A stretch of DNA of 63,960 nt, counting the filler, from Circinaria calcarea (lineage: Eukaryota), in NCBI GenBank assembly GCA_051942165.1. It is 3 parts of 3 records of this genome, joined end to end, with 100 filler letters (N's around TTAATTAATTAA, not from the genome) between each part and the next. Parts side by side here need not be neighbours in the genome. Positions count along the whole stretch, not along the records: positions 43,438 to 63,960 come from JAVECS010000173.1; 2 more parts are not named here. The stretch is one strand, 5' to 3'. This document shows positions 62,797 through 63,960 of the stretch, in pieces (positions within the stretch are counted from its first letter, which is position 1; the number at the start of each line of letters is the position of its first letter). Below the pieces are notes generated by a model. The model saw only the letters and a list, made by a program, of their open reading frames with translations, made no database searches and was not told the DNA's origin. A program made the position numbers and the translations under genes.

Positions 62797-63843
62797 TTTG
62801 TAGATCTTGGGAATTCGGGTTTTGAGGCTTGGGTTCGGACTTTTAGAAGCGTATGCATGCATAGCACTATGGCCTTTATGGGAATTTCTAGTAGTCGGTG
62901 CATGGATCTAATGGGGTTAGAGTTGGCGATGGATAAACATAATATGGCTTGGCAAAAGTCCAAGGAAGGAGAAATCTTTGCAGTGGGCACTGCAGAAGCT
63001 TTTAGACATGGTCGGGCATTTGGTATGGGGGTAGTTGCATAGACCATTTCATCAAGCAATTTGAACCCTGTTATTACCAGGTCCTGTAAGTTACCCTTTT
63101 GAAGCAATCCCTATCACCATTTCCATGATTATGTAACTCCCTGTAACATATATATATAGGGATTATATAGCCCCAGTCGATGTGGTGGAGCCAAGGCGAC
63201 TAATGGCTGGGCGCGCATATGGAATGAGCAGGCAGGCATGGAGGACTCCTACATCTTGCACATGCACACTCTTTATACACGTATAGCATAGCAGAATAGC
63301 AGTCAGAAATGCAGTACTGATACCGTCCGATACCTCTCCTATATATGCACTATACTGCAGCAGTCAGTTCGTGCCATATACCCTCCCATTCGTCACTATT
63401 CAGGCCCCCGTTACCCATTCTCGTCAGCGTCTTTGCCTATACCTTAGGAGCATAGCGGAGCACCCTATATCCTTCAGATGGACTCTTTCTTTTTCGGGAA
63501 ATCTTTTAATTGTAGCTCTCTAGCTTTAGCTTTACCATAACTATAGCAATTGTTATTGTCCCGAAGGTAGAGAGAGGCTTTCCAGGCCCTTAAAGAAAAG
63601 GCTTTTGGTTAGCTAGCTAGCTAGCTAAAGGAAACCAGTTTTCCTTCCTTTTCCTTTTCCCCTTGATAATATCCTTGTGATTCCTCCCCATCCTTTTGTA
63701 ATTGTTTTTTTCTTTTGTCTCGTTACCATACCCGTGTTACAGTTTGTGGTTTTATCAAACACATTTGTGTGGGGGCTACCATAGGGGCAGGGGGTAAACC
63801 TTTTTTTCTCCTTTTCCCCCCCCTAGGACCTATGTCGATTGCG

Positions 63844-63885
63844 AACTACGAACTGCGAACTCCCAACTCCCAACTCCCAACTTCG
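63844..63885 (+). repeat. Short degenerate 7-bp tandem repeat (AACTNNN)x6
   Basis: AACTACG AACTGCG AACTCCC AACTCCC AACTCCC AACTTCG. Confidence 0.7.
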
Positions 63886-63960
63886 ACTATAGTTTGTTCT
63901 ATTCTGTTCTATTCGATACTCTAGTTATTAGTCTTAGCCTTGGGGGTGTGGAAGGGGGGG

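Noticed and set aside
63610..63628. (TAGC)n self-complementary microsatellite near the right end
   Set aside because: Ordinary short simple repeat in low-complexity sequence.

Overview
Eukaryotic DNA from a filamentous ascomycete (Pezizomycotina-type short GT-AG introns with CTRAY-like branch sites). It is not one continuous locus. Two identical 100-nt spacers (N44-TTAATTAATTAA-N44, at 21690-21789 and 43338-43437) join three separate contigs. Contig A (1-21689) has a housekeeping block (SAK-HAD protein, RING ligase, SLD2, PRI1, Ariadne/HEL1 RBR ligase) with an inserted trypsin-like protease ORF, followed by a P450, a secreted PAN+GLEYA/PA14 protein and a small secreted Cys-rich protein. Contig B (21790-43337) is accessory in character: an intact and a RIP-like-mutated HET-domain gene, two PTH11-like membrane proteins, an internally deleted MFS gene, a PDR-type ABC transporter and two P450s. 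Contig C (43438-63960) has a PTH11-like gene, a 7-mer satellite, a 57-aa Cys-rich ORF, an orphan/kinase pair, GPI18 and BLM10. The most unusual observation is a ~300-bp structured element with self-complementary ends and an internal hairpin. It occurs twice, on different contigs, each time 0.4-0.6 kb upstream of a P450 gene and in the same relative orientation. A separate ~480-bp foldback element lies upstream of the ABC transporter. No rRNA, tRNA, CRISPR array or autonomous transposon was recognised. Exon boundaries were read by eye and family calls come from motif recognition, not database searches.
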